A stretch of 64,000 nt of DNA from Bispira polyomma (Eukaryota). Position numbers and translations under genes: made by a program. This document shows positions 63,858-64,000 of the stretch, piece by piece. The stretch lies in assembly GCA_965649765.1 (NCBI GenBank), contig OZ287748.1:34720001-34784000 (forward strand), read 5' to 3'. Positions within the stretch are counted from its first letter, which is position 1. Each line of letters starts with the position of its first letter. The notes under the pieces are model-generated. The model saw only the letters and a list, made by a program, of their open reading frames with translations, was not told the origin of the DNA and ran no database searches.

Positions 63858-64000
63858 TTTTTTTTTTTTTTTAATTTGGATATTTAACGTACACTCTAGT
63901 ACCTGTTTTTAGGTTATATTGGGACGGGTAGTTGGAAACGCTGGAGGAAACACTGCATACAGTTGATCAAGGTTCTGCACTGAAACCAGCAGCCCATAGT
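63858..64000 (-). mobile_element. tRNA-derived SINE (same family as 55776), cut by the window end
   Basis: Near-identical 3' half and poly-T. Confidence 0.92.

Overview
AT-rich, repeat-dominated eukaryotic (animal, probably invertebrate) DNA with one assembly gap (11759-11900) and no convincing host protein-coding gene. The main content is five insertions from different families of Ngaro-like tyrosine-recombinase (YR) retrotransposons. E1 (25717-32236, minus) is young and has the split direct repeat layout A1-gag-RT/RH-YR-B1-A2-spacer-B2. E2 (36689-43885) and E3 (57283-63093) are decayed A-ORFs-B copies. There is also a solo A-spacer-B unit (46538-47520, minus) and a 3' fragment (50785-51975). 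Other elements: an L2/CR1-group LINE with an uninterrupted 894-codon frame, two L1/Tx1-type LINEs, a complete-length pogo/Tigger transposon, Harbinger remnants, tRNA-derived SINEs and MITEs. An old tandem duplication (about 16455-23314 and 23315-47635) supplies empty-site controls for most insertions. Three signals recur across the divergent YR elements. (1) A phase-1 splice donor in gag pairs with a phase-1 acceptor just after the RNase H stop, predicting a spliced Gag(N)-recombinase fusion. (2) A bulged hairpin with conserved pairing but different sequence forms only across the B|A (circle) junction, with every intact B ending in ACTG, suggesting a folded single-stranded recombination substrate reminiscent of integron attC. 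(3) gag and the downstream pol leader lie in the same frame separated by one stop codon. All alignments were done by eye, and novelty relative to the literature was not checked.
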